Shown here: positions 20,672-32,259 of the stretch, piece after piece
How the letters are laid out: every line of letters begins with the position of its first letter
Position numbering within the stretch: the stretch's first letter is position 1
Virus record (IMG/VR): IMGVR_UViG_3300020519_000004
Length of the DNA stretch: 64,000 nt
Strand: one strand, 5' to 3'
DNA from: an uncultured virus (IMG/VR IMGVR_UViG_3300020519_000004)
Lineage: Duplodnaviria; Heunggongvirae; Uroviricota; Caudoviricetes
Notes under the pieces: model-generated
Databases searched by the model: none
What the model was told of the DNA's origin: nothing
The model's input: the letters and a program-made list of their open reading frames with translations, nothing else
Made by a program: the position numbers and the translations under genes

Positions 20672-22291
20672 ATGTCATTAGTTAACAATATAGACAATCA
20701 ACTTTCAACAGAGCAAAAGGTAACATTAGATTATTCAACAACTGAATCATCTTCTCGTAGCTCAACTGAATCAGTTTTTGCTAAAAAGGGACCAAATTCG
20801 ATTCTTTTCCAAGCCGGAGTATCATATGGTAACGATCAGCCATATTCAGTCCCCTTACATTCTCTTAAGCAGGAAGCAAAAAATAGCCTTTCAGACTTGC
20901 TTAAATTTTTAAAAGATTTAGAAGATCTATTAAGACAAGTAAAACTAGATCCATTAAATAATCCAAACTTAGAAGAAGCACACGCCTATGTTTGGGATGA
21001 AATTAATAAAGTTGATCATCCATATCCCAAAATAGAGATAGAAGGATATGCGGGTAGCCTGAAGTATCCTAGGCCACCTTTCATATGCTTTGACCAATAT
21101 CTTTATGCGGAAGGAGTTCAAACAAGAGGTTATAGAAAATTTGTAAAAGAATATGATAACTTAATATCAAATACTACATTTGGTCACATCTACGATTTTA
21201 GAGAAATTATTAAGTACTTAGTAAACGAAACTAATTGCATCATAAGTTCATTAGGTGCAGATTTTGGAGATAACTATGAAGATGACTCACAACAGCAAGT
21301 CGCGTCGTACTACTTATACTGGCTCAAAATGGCAATCCACTATAAGGAACTCTTTGCCCAATCAATCAAATCATCCCCAACAGGTTTGCCAGAAACCGAA
21401 GTGGATAAAACAACTAAAAAGCAAGCCGCTCAATTTCAAGCATTTTTTTCTATCAAAGTAAACTCTTTAACGAACATGATAGACAGCCAGTTAGATACCC
21501 TTCATAAAGATTTGGTAACTAACTGCAATGTATTTTACAATAAGTATTTAAGTCCATCATTAAGGTTTAAAACAAAAGTTGTTTCCGATTTTGCTCTAGA
21601 TATAAGAACTACAAATATGAAAACAGAACTACCTTCTTTGTCAGAAGAAGCAGCAATAGCACTATTAGCCGCAGAGGGTAACTTTAAGTCGGTTTTAACA
21701 GACTTATTAGAAAGAAGGAATAACACATCTGCAAAAATAGATTCCTTGTATCAATCTATAGTTCAAAGAAGAAAGTACACAAGCTTTATATCTCAGCTAT
21801 CTATAAAAGCTGTAAATAGAGAAAGAATTGTTACTACCGAAACAGATTCAAATTATGCTTCTTTGCTTTCTGGTTTATTCGTAGATGAGTCTCAAATTAA
21901 CTCACTAAAATCTAGTCACTCTTTATTAGATGACTTAAGCGAAGATAGTCATCCCCAGTATCTAATGAAGTCTGGCGGAGTAATAGTTGGAGATATAACA
22001 GTAGAAAATGCTGCAAAGATAGACGGAGTACAGATAGGTGAACATTCTCATTCTGGCTCAGATGGATCTAAAAGAATAAGATCTATAGACATAGATTATG
22101 AGTCGGTAAGAAATGAAATTAATTTACAGCAAATAAATTCAGCAGCAAAAGAAGTTGTTATCAAAATTGATTCCATCACACCTGATATACTAATAGGTGG
22201 GGTTCCAGTTGCAGATGTAAATATCAGCATCGATATACCAGATGAATTTAAGGACAAATACGATTTTGAAATATTATACATAGAGTTGTGA
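20672..22291 (+). CDS. hypothetical virion-associated protein
   Basis: 539 aa; HSLLDDLSEDSHPQYL motif of the type seen in fibre-like proteins. Confidence 0.7.
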   Translation: MSLVNNIDNQLSTEQKVTLDYSTTESSSRSSTESVFAKKGPNSILFQAGVSYGNDQPYSVPLHSLKQEAKNSLSDLLKFLKDLEDLLRQVKLDPLNNPNLEEAHAYVWDEINKVDHPYPKIEIEGYAGSLKYPRPPFICFDQYLYAEGVQTRGYRKFVKEYDNLISNTTFGHIYDFREIIKYLVNETNCIISSLGADFGDNYEDDSQQQVASYYLYWLKMAIHYKELFAQSIKSSPTGLPETEVDKTTKKQAAQFQAFFSIKVNSLTNMIDSQLDTLHKDLVTNCNVFYNKYLSPSLRFKTKVVSDFALDIRTTNMKTELPSLSEEAAIALLAAEGNFKSVLTDLLERRNNTSAKIDSLYQSIVQRRKYTSFISQLSIKAVNRERIVTTETDSNYASLLSGLFVDESQINSLKSSHSLLDDLSEDSHPQYLMKSGGVIVGDITVENAAKIDGVQIGEHSHSGSDGSKRIRSIDIDYESVRNEINLQQINSAAKEVVIKIDSITPDILIGGVPVADVNISIDIPDEFKDKYDFEILYIEL

Positions 22292-22292
22292 C

Positions 22293-23286
22293 ATGAGCTG
22301 GTTTAAATATTTAGACAATACAAGCAATCTTGCAAGTCCTCAACAAAAGGTTTATAACATTCCACCTTTAAAAAGACGGAATAGTAATAGATCAATTAAA
22401 GGACTATATAACTGCTAATGATTGGCTATTTGCAGACATTGGAAATAATGAATTAAACTATGTATATAATTCGAGTCTTCTTAAGGTTGAGCAAGATCAT
22501 TCATATTTAGTGGTTTATGAAAATTCTAATGTTTCAACATTAGAGGCTTCAACTCCTGTGGTTACTAGAATTGTTGACGGTATAATGTATTTTAAGGCCG
22601 CAAAGAATCACGAAGCAAATAGTCTTCCAGATGGAACCTATAGCGTTTACTATGGATCAGACTATATAAAGTATATTCATGCAACTCCAGTTACATCAAA
22701 TTCAGTAACATCTTATGAATACGTAGAATATCCAAATACTGTTATTAATTCACTTGAAGCAAGTCCAGGCTACAGTCCTTACTATAGCGCAACTCCACCG
22801 AGTATTGATTTGTACGACACTGAGATTAATAAAAACTCTATTGGATATTATAGATTGGCATACTTTAACGATGGAACAGATTGGGTCAATAACCTGTCAA
22901 CAAAAGTTGGATCTAAGATAGTCGGAACTTTTAGTGGACCAAACATTAAAATAACTGGTGCAGTTGGTCCAGGATATGGTAAATGTAAAGTTAGAATAAC
23001 TACAAAATATGAATCTTCAGAAGAAACTGAAAATATAGTTTTGGATTGGTATGAAATTGATTGTTATTCAACTGAGGAAAAAGAATCAATAATTTTTCAA
23101 AAAAATGATTTAGAATATCTTGACTATACTTTAGAAATTGAAACTTTATCAGATAAAAATATTTTATCAGGCAATAATCAAATTTACGTAAGTAAAATAA
23201 GTTTTTTAAGAAACTTTTATTTTTCTTTAGATGATCAAGAAATAAATCCAGATTTAACCTTCAAATCAATAGGAGGCTTAAGGTAA
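22293..23286 (+). CDS. structural protein; +1 shift at CGG 22377
   Basis: ATG 22293 directly after the upstream stop; joins track ORF 22510; 330 aa. Confidence 0.75.
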
Positions 23287-25224
23287 TGGCCACAATCAAA
23301 AAAACGATACAAAATTTAAAACCTGGAAAACAATATCTTTTAACAGTTAAACCAAAAGATGTAGAATTAAATGTTCTATTAGATCCAGCTTCAGCTGTTA
23401 GATTTACTGTTCCAGCTGACCTTACTCAGCCGGCAGAACTTGGTGATTTAACAATAGTCGGCAACTACAAGTCGATAATGATTAGCTTTAATCCCTCTAA
23501 TGAATCAGACTTAAGAGGATACAACTATGAGGTTTATCTTCCTGAAGACATTAGTCAAAGTGGTTCAACTTATGTTATTAATTCTGGAGCAACTCCATAT
23601 CTTTCTGGCTTTTCCTCCTCAAACGTTGTAGCTGTTGATGTTCCGCAAAACTCTGAAACAACAAATCAGGTAAATGCAAATACTGGAGTCACGACTGTAG
23701 TGACAACAGAAAAGCTTTACTTTGCCAGAGTTCAATCAATAGATACATCTAGCAATAAATCTGCATGGACACCAATTGTGGCATCAACTGCTACAACACT
23801 TATAGATTCTGCGCACATTATAGATCTTACTGCATCTAAGATTACAGCTGGAACAATCGGCGCACATACTATTACAATGGCTGGCGCAACTTCAATTATT
23901 AAATCTTCTACCTTTAATGGAGTTGATGTTGGGGGCGGAAGCTATGCAAATGCTACAACAGGTTGGTTAATCAACGGTAGCGGTAGAGCATATTTCTACG
24001 ATGCAACAATAGCAGGAAGTATTGACATTGGTGGATTTGACTCTGGATCTTTTCACGTTGATAGTGATGGAAATCTTTGGTTGGGTTCTGGAACCTTAGT
24101 TGGTGCTCCGTTCAAGGTTCTAAAAGAAGGTGATGTTACAGCCAATACAATAACCACTAAAAATTTAACGTTAACTGGTAATACAGTGATAGCAAGTAAT
24201 TCAAAAATTTTTCTTGGAACAGGCGTTTACAATAATACTAATACTCCATTTTATGTAGATGATGACTCTCAATTTTCCTTAGGTAATAAATTAACTTGGG
24301 ATGGCTCAACACTTACAGTAAGTGGTAATGTCAACATTACCGGAGGCAACACTCTTACACTTATTAATGAAGCGAAGTCAGATGCAGATACAGCACTTAG
24401 TACTGCAATTAGCGCTGGAGAGATAGCTTTAGAAGCTAAAGGTACCGCAGAGGATGCTGCTTATGAGGCTTCAATAAGAATAAGACCTGGTGAGTTAGAA
24501 GCAAGAATAGGCGATAGTGTAACAACTATTAGTGGTGGAAAAATTGCAACCGGTTCTTTGGCCGCTGAAACAATTTCTGGTGGAACAATTACAGCATCTA
24601 TTGGCATTAATTCTCCAACAATTAGTGGTGGATCACTTAACATAGATGGATATTATGATACCCGGTTATTGTTCTTTTGGTTCATCTGGTTTTTCAAGAG
24701 TCAATGGTATTGGATTTGTGAATCCAAGTAGCTCAGGTTGGGACACTAATTTTTATCCCTTTACAGCCGGTGCAAGAAATTGTGGAACGGCAAGTTATTA
24801 TTGGAATAACGTTAATTATAGTGGTAGTTTAGTAAAGATATCAGATCGTCGAATAAAAGATTCTATAGAAGATACTCCAAGTGTTTTAGGTTTAATTAAT
24901 ACTTTAAAACCAAGAGTTTATCTGATGAAAAATTCTTCTGGTGATAGTAAAGTGGTTTCAGTTGACCAAGAAACTAACCAGTCGGAATATGAGCCAGTAG
25001 GGCCCGGAAAAAGAAAACATTTTGGTTTGGTAGCGCAGGAAGTAAAAGAAGCATTTGAGCAATCTGGATTTCCAACAGATGAATATAGCGGTTGGGCAAT
25101 TGCCGATAAAGAAGATTCCAATTCTCAGCAAGCTATAAATTTAGATGAATTTATTGGAATTTTAATTAAAGCTGTTCAAGAGCTTTCGGCTAAAGTTAAT
25201 GAACTTGAGTCTAGACTTAGTTAG
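23286..25224 (+). CDS. tail fibre/spike with Fn3-like region and C-terminal peptidase S74-type chaperone; +1 shift at CGG 24663
   Basis: LTASKITAGTI repeats; SDRRIKDSI...HFGLVAQEV chaperone motif; 645 aa joined. Confidence 0.85.
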
Positions 25225-25239
25225 TGGTATAATAACAAA

Positions 25240-25446
25240 ATGTCTAGAATAAGCAAGCAAGAGGAACAGGAAACTGCTATAATGGAAACTTCTCAATCAG
25301 ATATTAATGATTCTAATTTAGATGTTAATTTAGTTATAGCTGTTTTTCAAGAAAAACTTAGCAGCTTAATGACTGATTTAGTTATAAAAGAAGCAACAAT
25401 TAAACAACAATCAATTATTATTCAAAGATTAAAAGGACAAATGTAA
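25240..25446 (+). CDS. small coiled-coil protein, probably leaderless
   Basis: TGGTATAAT 25225-25233, 6 nt before ATG. Confidence 0.7.
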   Translation: MSRISKQEEQETAIMETSQSDINDSNLDVNLVIAVFQEKLSSLMTDLVIKEATIKQQSIIIQRLKGQM

Positions 25447-25447
25447 A

Positions 25448-25630
25448 ATGAGTGATACACCAGAAGTAGAAGTAAAAACAGAATTTGTAGTTGAAATTAA
25501 GATCAGTGACAAGAACCTATCTTACAAGAGCGACTTTACAGAAGCTGAAACAGTTTTCTGGCTTGAGGCTGTAAAAGATCTTATTATCAAGAAGACCTTT
25601 GAAGCCGCAGGAATATTAGAAAAACAATAA
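25448..25630 (+). CDS. hypothetical protein
   Basis: 60-aa ORF in tandem. Confidence 0.65.
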   Translation: MSDTPEVEVKTEFVVEIKISDKNLSYKSDFTEAETVFWLEAVKDLIIKKTFEAAGILEKQ

Positions 25631-25688
25631 ATTACAGCCTAGACAAATTGAGTCTACTATTAGATATAGGCTTAAATAAGGACGTACC

Positions 25689-27338
25689 ATGGCAATTAGG
25701 GATTACCTACCATTTCAAACAGTAGACAAAGATCTTACTTTTTCTGACAAGGCTTTAGCGCCAGAACAAGTAAAGGGTCTGTCTAAGGCTATGAAAATAG
25801 CATCGCTTGCTCTTGGTTTTCAGGGTACCAATTATTACTTCAATAATAGAGCTACCTTTGAAAGACCAGCATATGACTTTGAAAGGTTAATGCAAGCTGT
25901 TGATACGGACTCTTATGTTAAGCAAGCTATGTCTAAATATAAAGATCTTTTCTGGAAAGAGGGTTGGGAAATAGTTTCTGAAAACCCAGAAGCTATTTCT
26001 TATCTTCACCAAAGAATAGATTTCATGGAAATAGCAATGAAGAGACCATTTGTTGATTTCTTAATTGAAGTCTCAGATCAACTCTTTAAATTTTCTAATG
26101 CTTTCATTGTTAAAGCAAGAGGTGATTTAAGCGAATATTTTCCAGACAAATTAGCACCTATGACTGGAGATCTTCCAGTAATAGGTTATTACTTAATCCC
26201 TACTGAACAGGTAAGAATATTTAGAGATAAGCACAACAGGCCTAAGTCATATAGACAAGAGACAGACCCTCTTACTTATATGCCGCTTGAAGGAAATCCA
26301 GTTTGGACTGCAGAAAAAGTAATCCATCTTCACTTTGATAGAAAAACTGGTAGAGCATTTGGTACTCCATTTTTGATCAATGTATTAGACGACGTTATTG
26401 CACTTCGTCAAATTGAAGAAGATATTCAGAATCTTGTTCACAGAGAATTATTTCCACTCTATAAATATAAGATTGGAACCGCAGAACAACCAGCTGAGCC
26501 AGAAGAGATTGAACAAGCAGCTATAGAGATAGAAAATCTAAGAGCTGAAGGTGGATTGATCCTTCCATTTAGACACGATGTTGAAGTTATTGGATCACAA
26601 GGATCTGCCCTTGACGCAAGTCAATACCTAAATCACTTTAAAGAACGTGTTGCAATTGGATTAGGCGTTGCGCCGCATCACCTTGGAATGTCGATGAATG
26701 GTGGTAACAGATCTGTTACCGAAAGATTAGATGTTGCATTATATGACAGAATTAAGCAGATGCAGAAGCTGTTTTCGGAGATGGTAAGACTAAATATATT
26801 TAATGAATTATTGTTTGAAGGTGGTTTTGATCCAATCTCAAATCCAATGGAAGCTGGAGACTCGGATAGATGTTACTTTAAGTTCAAGGAAATAGATGTT
26901 GATACACAAGTTAAAAAAGAAAATCACGTCATTCAAAAATATGTGTCTAATCTAATTACATTAGATGAAGCTCGCATAGAATTAGGATATGATTCCGATA
27001 TTGACATGAACAAGACACACGCATCAATACAAAGTGATATTCAAGTCGATGCAACTAAAGCAACCGCCCAAGCCCAAGCTAAAGCACAAGGGACGGGTAA
27101 AGCACCTGAACCAAAAACATCTGATGGTCAAAAATCCGCCGGTCCAGGGCAGAAAAATACGCCAAATAATAGAAGAGGCGTTGGTAACGCTATGAGACCA
27201 ATGAATCAAAATGGAAGAAAAACTTCTCCGGATATTAAAAGATATGATAATAATTTTCTATCAGTAATTGAATCTTTGTTGGATAGCGAGTATACTGTTA
27301 TAGAGTCAGACGTTGAAAAGGATAACAATGATGTTTAA
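25689..27338 (+). CDS. portal protein
   Basis: 549 aa, between terminase and protease/capsid; VIHLHFDRKTGRAFGTP, LITLDEARIELGY. Confidence 0.85.
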   Translation: MAIRDYLPFQTVDKDLTFSDKALAPEQVKGLSKAMKIASLALGFQGTNYYFNNRATFERPAYDFERLMQAVDTDSYVKQAMSKYKDLFWKEGWEIVSENPEAISYLHQRIDFMEIAMKRPFVDFLIEVSDQLFKFSNAFIVKARGDLSEYFPDKLAPMTGDLPVIGYYLIPTEQVRIFRDKHNRPKSYRQETDPLTYMPLEGNPVWTAEKVIHLHFDRKTGRAFGTPFLINVLDDVIALRQIEEDIQNLVHRELFPLYKYKIGTAEQPAEPEEIEQAAIEIENLRAEGGLILPFRHDVEVIGSQGSALDASQYLNHFKERVAIGLGVAPHHLGMSMNGGNRSVTERLDVALYDRIKQMQKLFSEMVRLNIFNELLFEGGFDPISNPMEAGDSDRCYFKFKEIDVDTQVKKENHVIQKYVSNLITLDEARIELGYDSDIDMNKTHASIQSDIQVDATKATAQAQAKAQGTGKAPEPKTSDGQKSAGPGQKNTPNNRRGVGNAMRPMNQNGRKTSPDIKRYDNNFLSVIESLLDSEYTVIESDVEKDNNDV

Positions 27339-27645
27339 TGTAAATGATAAGATCACAAGTAGCGATAACACAGAAGCAGATGCTCTTTTAGTATTTAGAA
27401 AAGCAGTTAGCAATGGTCAAACAAGACTAGCTCTTGAAGCTTTAGTGGACGTTATTGATTCTATAGTTGAGTTTCTCACTTCAGAACCTGAAGAAGAAAC
27501 CACAGAAGAAGTAGTGCCAGTGACACCAGCGATAAACGTTAATGCTGTTGAAATCAAAGAAGAGAAGATTGAATCAACAACTGTAGGAACTAGCGCACCT
27601 GCTAAGAAAAGTGTAAAAGAAACAACAAAATCTATTTCAGAGTAG
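27328..27645 (+). CDS. hypothetical protein
   Basis: ORF overlapping the portal end; AAGGA SD. Confidence 0.65.
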   Translation: MMFNVNDKITSSDNTEADALLVFRKAVSNGQTRLALEALVDVIDSIVEFLTSEPEEETTEEVVPVTPAINVNAVEIKEEKIESTTVGTSAPAKKSVKETTKSISE

Positions 27646-27648
27646 TTT

Positions 27649-28419
27649 ATGATTGAACTAGTGATTGGTTGTCCAATCTATCAAAGAGATTGGATATTTC
27701 CTTATTGGATTTCTTGTATAGAAAATCAGAATATTGATTTTTCAAAAACCGCTTTTATATTTGAAGCATCTCCAGATGATGAAAAAACCATAGAGATGTT
27801 AGTTAAATATAGAAATGCAAGACCAGATATACCAGAGTTTATTTTAGATATAAAACAAGACATTCCTCATTTTTCTCATGAAGAAGGAACAAGAACTTGG
27901 AGTATATCTAAATATCAAAATATGGTTAATCTAAGAAATTCTCTTTTATCAAAAGTTAGAGATATTAATCCAAATTATTTTTTTAGCTTGGATTCTGACA
28001 TACTATTAACTAATGAAAATACAATTCAATTACTAATTGCACACGTAAACTCTGGCGCAGATGCGGTGAGTCCATTAATGTTTATGACTCCAACAAATAC
28101 AATGTATCCAAGTGTAATGAATTGGATAAAAGAGCCTGGTGGTCAAGCTTATCGCAAAGAGCAATATCCACTTGGTGAGTATTTCCAATCAGATGTTATT
28201 ATGGCAGCAAAAATGATGTCAAGAGATGTATACAAGAATGTTGACTACTCACTCCATACACAGGGTGAAGATTTAGGCTGGTCTGGAAACGCAGCAAAAA
28301 TGGGTTATAAGCTTTACTCAGCATCCTACCTTTATGCTCCACACATAATGCATAAGCGAATGATGCAAGATTTTCTCTCAAATGGAGATTCTAGGGGTAA
28401 TTTTTTTGCAACAGCATAA
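27649..28419 (+). CDS. GT-A fold glycosyltransferase
   Basis: VIGCPIY, LRNSLL, FSLDSDI (DxD), GEDLGW. Confidence 0.8.
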   Translation: MIELVIGCPIYQRDWIFPYWISCIENQNIDFSKTAFIFEASPDDEKTIEMLVKYRNARPDIPEFILDIKQDIPHFSHEEGTRTWSISKYQNMVNLRNSLLSKVRDINPNYFFSLDSDILLTNENTIQLLIAHVNSGADAVSPLMFMTPTNTMYPSVMNWIKEPGGQAYRKEQYPLGEYFQSDVIMAAKMMSRDVYKNVDYSLHTQGEDLGWSGNAAKMGYKLYSASYLYAPHIMHKRMMQDFLSNGDSRGNFFATA

Positions 28420-28504
28420 AAGTATGATATCTTTATATAAGATTGTTTAATCTTATAAAAGCTAATTACTATTACTACTACATTAAAATAAACGGAGCGC
28501 TAAA

Positions 28505-30236
28505 ATGGCATTTGATTTTGTTGAAAGTTTTACACTTCAACTTCCTGACCTATCGGGATTGGAAAATGATTTTTCCGAATCATTCAGCAAAAACCACGGT
28601 CTTATTATAGAAGTGGCTGCCATACATGAGCGGACTAACCGCTAACTATAATAATTACTCAGCAGCAGAATTAGAAAAGGCTCTCCAATCATGGGTCGAG
28701 CCATACCCTAAGCCTATTATTTTAAATCACGATTTAAACTCTGAGCCAATTGGCAGAATCATTGCTGCTAAGATGGACAAAGAACAAGACGGTGCACCAT
28801 ATGTAAGATTGCAGGTAGCAATCACAGATCCATTGGCTGCTCAGAAGATCTCAGATAAGAGATACTTGACTGGATCAGTTGGCGGAAGAGCCGGCAAAGC
28901 AGTTTGTTCAATTTCGGGTGAAGACCTAGCTGCTGAATCAGCAGACGGTAGACCAAAGACAGCTAAATTTAAGCGTGGTCAAGTTTATAAGGGTAAACTT
29001 GCTTTCGTTGATATGCAAGACATTTCCTTTAAAGAATACTCATTTGTTAACCAACCAGCGGATCAAAGGTCTAGTGTAAGAGCTTCTAAAGCTATTGATG
29101 GATCAACTGTTGTTACTGATTCAGAAAATTGGACAGCAAAAAGCACAGCCTTTATCCTACATATGGATAAAGAAGATATAACCACTGTGGAAGAAAATGA
29201 GTCTATTTTAAAGGGTATGAAGAAAAAAGAGTCTAGACCACTTTATCTTCATGTTAAAGGAGCTTTTCTTACGGCTTTGGCCTTTCAAGAAAGTGAAACT
29301 GCAAAGGCTGATAATACTGCGTTACTATCAGAAAAGAATATAATTGACGAGGAGAATGTTGAAATGGACGAAATCGTTAAAGGTGATGATGTTTTGGCTA
29401 CTGTCGAAAATCTAAGCCAAGACCTGTCAGCAATTGCTACAGTACCATGTGGTACGGCACCAAAAGAAGAATCAGAAGAAATTCCTTCACAAGAAGAAGC
29501 TTCTGTAAATGTAGAATCAAAAAATGTAGATCTTATATCTGTGTTATCAGATGCTCTTCAAGAAGCAAAAGAAGCTGGTGAACAATCTGTAGTGGATGTT
29601 CTTTCTTCGAAGATTGAAAAGCTAAAGAAAGCACAAGAAGATGAATCATTGGTTGAGGCGCCAGCTGCAGAAAATGCAGAGCAGTCTCCTAGTGAGCAAA
29701 AAGAATCTGAAGGAGAAAAAGTGGAAACAGAAGAACAAGGCAAAGAAGAAGTAGTTAATTCTGAAAACGCCGAGTCCTCCCCAGAAAACGAAACACAAGA
29801 AGAGTCAGACTCAGAGCTCACAGGCAGTACTCATGCTGATGAGCAAAATGACAATGACAATAAACTTCAAGTGCTTCAACAAGAAAATGCAAAGCTCAGA
29901 GAGGCGCTACATCGCACTTTAGCTGAAAGAGTAGTTGATACTAAAATTTCATTAGGAGTAGAACCAATTGAAGAAAGAGAAAACTTGATCCAAGATCACG
30001 CAACTCGTTCGGCAGGTTCTTTAGCTGATTCCCTTAGGGATTTAGCTAAGCTCCCAGTAGCTAAGAAGAATATTCAAAAGCTAAATGTGGAATCCGTAAT
30101 AGATAGTTGCATTGTTTCTGAAAAAGAAAACAATGTCATTGTTGAAGACGAAGAAACGTCAACTGCACCAGAAGAAAAAGTGAACACAGTTGAAGAACTG
30201 TTTGTTGATACTCTCATGGGCCGTCGCAAACTTTAA
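28505..30236 (+). CDS. prohead protease fused to an acidic scaffold-like region; +1 shift at CGG 28631
   Basis: IEVAAIHE[G]LTANYNNY, PIILNHD..PIGR, YLTGSVG, EYSFVNQPAD; 576 aa. Confidence 0.85.
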
Positions 30237-30267
30237 AACAAATATATACAAATAAGGAGATATTAAA

Positions 30268-31023
30268 ATGTCATTAGCAAAATTTCGTAAAGTAGGTACC
30301 AAAACGGGTGCTGGTCGTTTCGTTGTTTCGGAAGGTATTGCACCATCCGCATACATCTTGCCATCAGTCGCCCTTCCAACTTGGTACGCAGACTCAGAAG
30401 ATGATCGTTTTGAAATTGTTATTCCAAAGGGAACTATCCTTTCGGTTGTAACAGATTCAAGTGGTGATTCACGTTTTGTTCCAGCTAACGGTACCGGCTC
30501 TTCAGTAACTTGGGGAGACACAATTTCAGGTTGGAACCCACTTGCAGCAGCAACACCAGTTGCTGGCGCATCTGGAGATACACAAGCAGTTGCTGCACGT
30601 TCAGTGCCAGTTGGTTGTGCACAGTACGATCTCTACAGACCATTTGATAAGGGCACATCGCAAGGTGCAGGCTTTATCGTTAGAGGTTATGTCGAGTATC
30701 CAATGGTCACAGGTGTTAACGCAGACTTAACAGCAGGTAGTTTAGTTGCTCCAGACTTCATGGGTCGTCCAAGACTCTTGTCGCAAGCTGATGCAGCTAG
30801 TTACCCACACTTAATTGTAGGTAAGGTTATTGAAGTCGAGAAGTTTGCTACAAACTTTGATGACGGACTACTTTCCTACATGCAACTTCCATCGGATCCA
30901 GGTGCGCTCAAGACAGTTTATGAGCTCACAAGATCAGGCTCGTTCTCCGGTAAACTCGGTATCCGTGCAAACCTAGATGTTACGAATGTTATTGGTGCTT
31001 TCCGCGTCAATTTAACACTCTAA
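30268..31023 (+). CDS. capsid decoration / minor head protein
   Basis: 251 aa between protease and major capsid protein; strong AAGGAG SD. Confidence 0.65.
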   Translation: MSLAKFRKVGTKTGAGRFVVSEGIAPSAYILPSVALPTWYADSEDDRFEIVIPKGTILSVVTDSSGDSRFVPANGTGSSVTWGDTISGWNPLAAATPVAGASGDTQAVAARSVPVGCAQYDLYRPFDKGTSQGAGFIVRGYVEYPMVTGVNADLTAGSLVAPDFMGRPRLLSQADAASYPHLIVGKVIEVEKFATNFDDGLLSYMQLPSDPGALKTVYELTRSGSFSGKLGIRANLDVTNVIGAFRVNLTL

Positions 31024-31076
31024 TAAAAAAAAAGAAAATAAAAAAAGAAATAATTAAACAGGAGGAAATATCCTAG

Positions 31077-32132
31077 ATGAGTAAGACAATCCAAGAACTC
31101 CTCTCGGGTCTCCCAGCTTGGGAAGCCGCATTTGCTGAAGATGGCTACATCGACACAGATAACAGAGTTACAATCAAGGAAGCATTCGGTTCGTCAGACG
31201 CAGCCGCTTTGTTTCCTAAGGTAATTTCTCGTACTCTGCGCGAAGCAGCCGAACCACAGCTTTTGGTAACCCCGCTTCTTTCTACAGTACGCCTTGGTAA
31301 GGGTCGTTCTTTGGAATTTCCAGCGGTAAACGCAATTCAAGCTGCTGAGATCCCAGAAGGACAAGAATACCCAGAACAAGCTCTCGCATTTGCTAAGCAA
31401 ATCGAGGGTAAGGTGTCGAAGAAGGGCGTTAAGCTGGCTTTCACAGAGGAAGTTATTGCTGATTCTCTTTGGGACATCGTAGGCCTCCATGTACGCGCCG
31501 CAGGCCGTGCAATGGCACGTTTGAAAGAGCAAATTGCTCTTAGTCGTTTTAAGGATGCAGCTACAATTGTATTCGACAACGACAGTGGCAGCTATGACGA
31601 TACAACAGGTCGTGGGATTACTGGTGCTTACAACAGCACTATTACCTGGGACGATGTTGTCGACATGGCAGCTGTTCTAATGGCCGAAAATCATATACCA
31701 ACAGACTTCATTCTTCACCCACTGATGTGGTCGGTCTTCCTCAAGGACTCGATCTTCCACATGGGCGGCGCTGCATCAGCTGTTAATACCAGCTGGGGCT
31801 ACCGTCCACAGTCGAAGGATGGCGCTCTTAACGCAACAGCCCCTATGGGTTTGAACGTGTTAGTGTCACCATTTGTTAGCTTCACAGCTAAGAGCGGTGA
31901 AACATTAGCTAAGTCAGACTTGTTCCTCATTGATCGTAATGAGGTCGGCAGTCTTCTTGTTAAGGATGACATGAGCACAGATCAGTTCGATGATCCGTCA
32001 CGTGACATTCGTTCGATGAAGATGAAAGAGCGTTACGACATTGTAATGCTTGGCGATGGTGAAGGTATCACAGTTGCTAAGAACGTTAGACTGGCCCGCA
32101 ACTATGAGGTTCAAGTTACTAACGAAATGTAA
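31077..32132 (+). CDS. major capsid protein (HK97 fold)
   Basis: 351 aa, AGGAGG SD, AAEIPEGQEYP, KKGVKLAFTEEVIADS, high-expression codon bias, terminator downstream. Confidence 0.9.
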   Translation: MSKTIQELLSGLPAWEAAFAEDGYIDTDNRVTIKEAFGSSDAAALFPKVISRTLREAAEPQLLVTPLLSTVRLGKGRSLEFPAVNAIQAAEIPEGQEYPEQALAFAKQIEGKVSKKGVKLAFTEEVIADSLWDIVGLHVRAAGRAMARLKEQIALSRFKDAATIVFDNDSGSYDDTTGRGITGAYNSTITWDDVVDMAAVLMAENHIPTDFILHPLMWSVFLKDSIFHMGGAASAVNTSWGYRPQSKDGALNATAPMGLNVLVSPFVSFTAKSGETLAKSDLFLIDRNEVGSLLVKDDMSTDQFDDPSRDIRSMKMKERYDIVMLGDGEGITVAKNVRLARNYEVQVTNEM

Positions 32133-32174
32133 TAAGCCTTAAGGCTGTTATAGTTACGATACAGTCTTAGAAAG

Positions 32175-32207
32175 TAGGGGGCAGCGAAAGCTGCCCCTTA
32201 TTTTTTT
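32175..32207 (+). terminator. intrinsic terminator
   Basis: GGGGCAGC-GAAA-GCTGCCCC followed by TTATTTTTTT. Confidence 0.9.
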
Positions 32208-32259
32208 GCACCAACCCTGTTACTAGTTAAGTATAAGTCTTTTCCTGAGGAGATAAATC

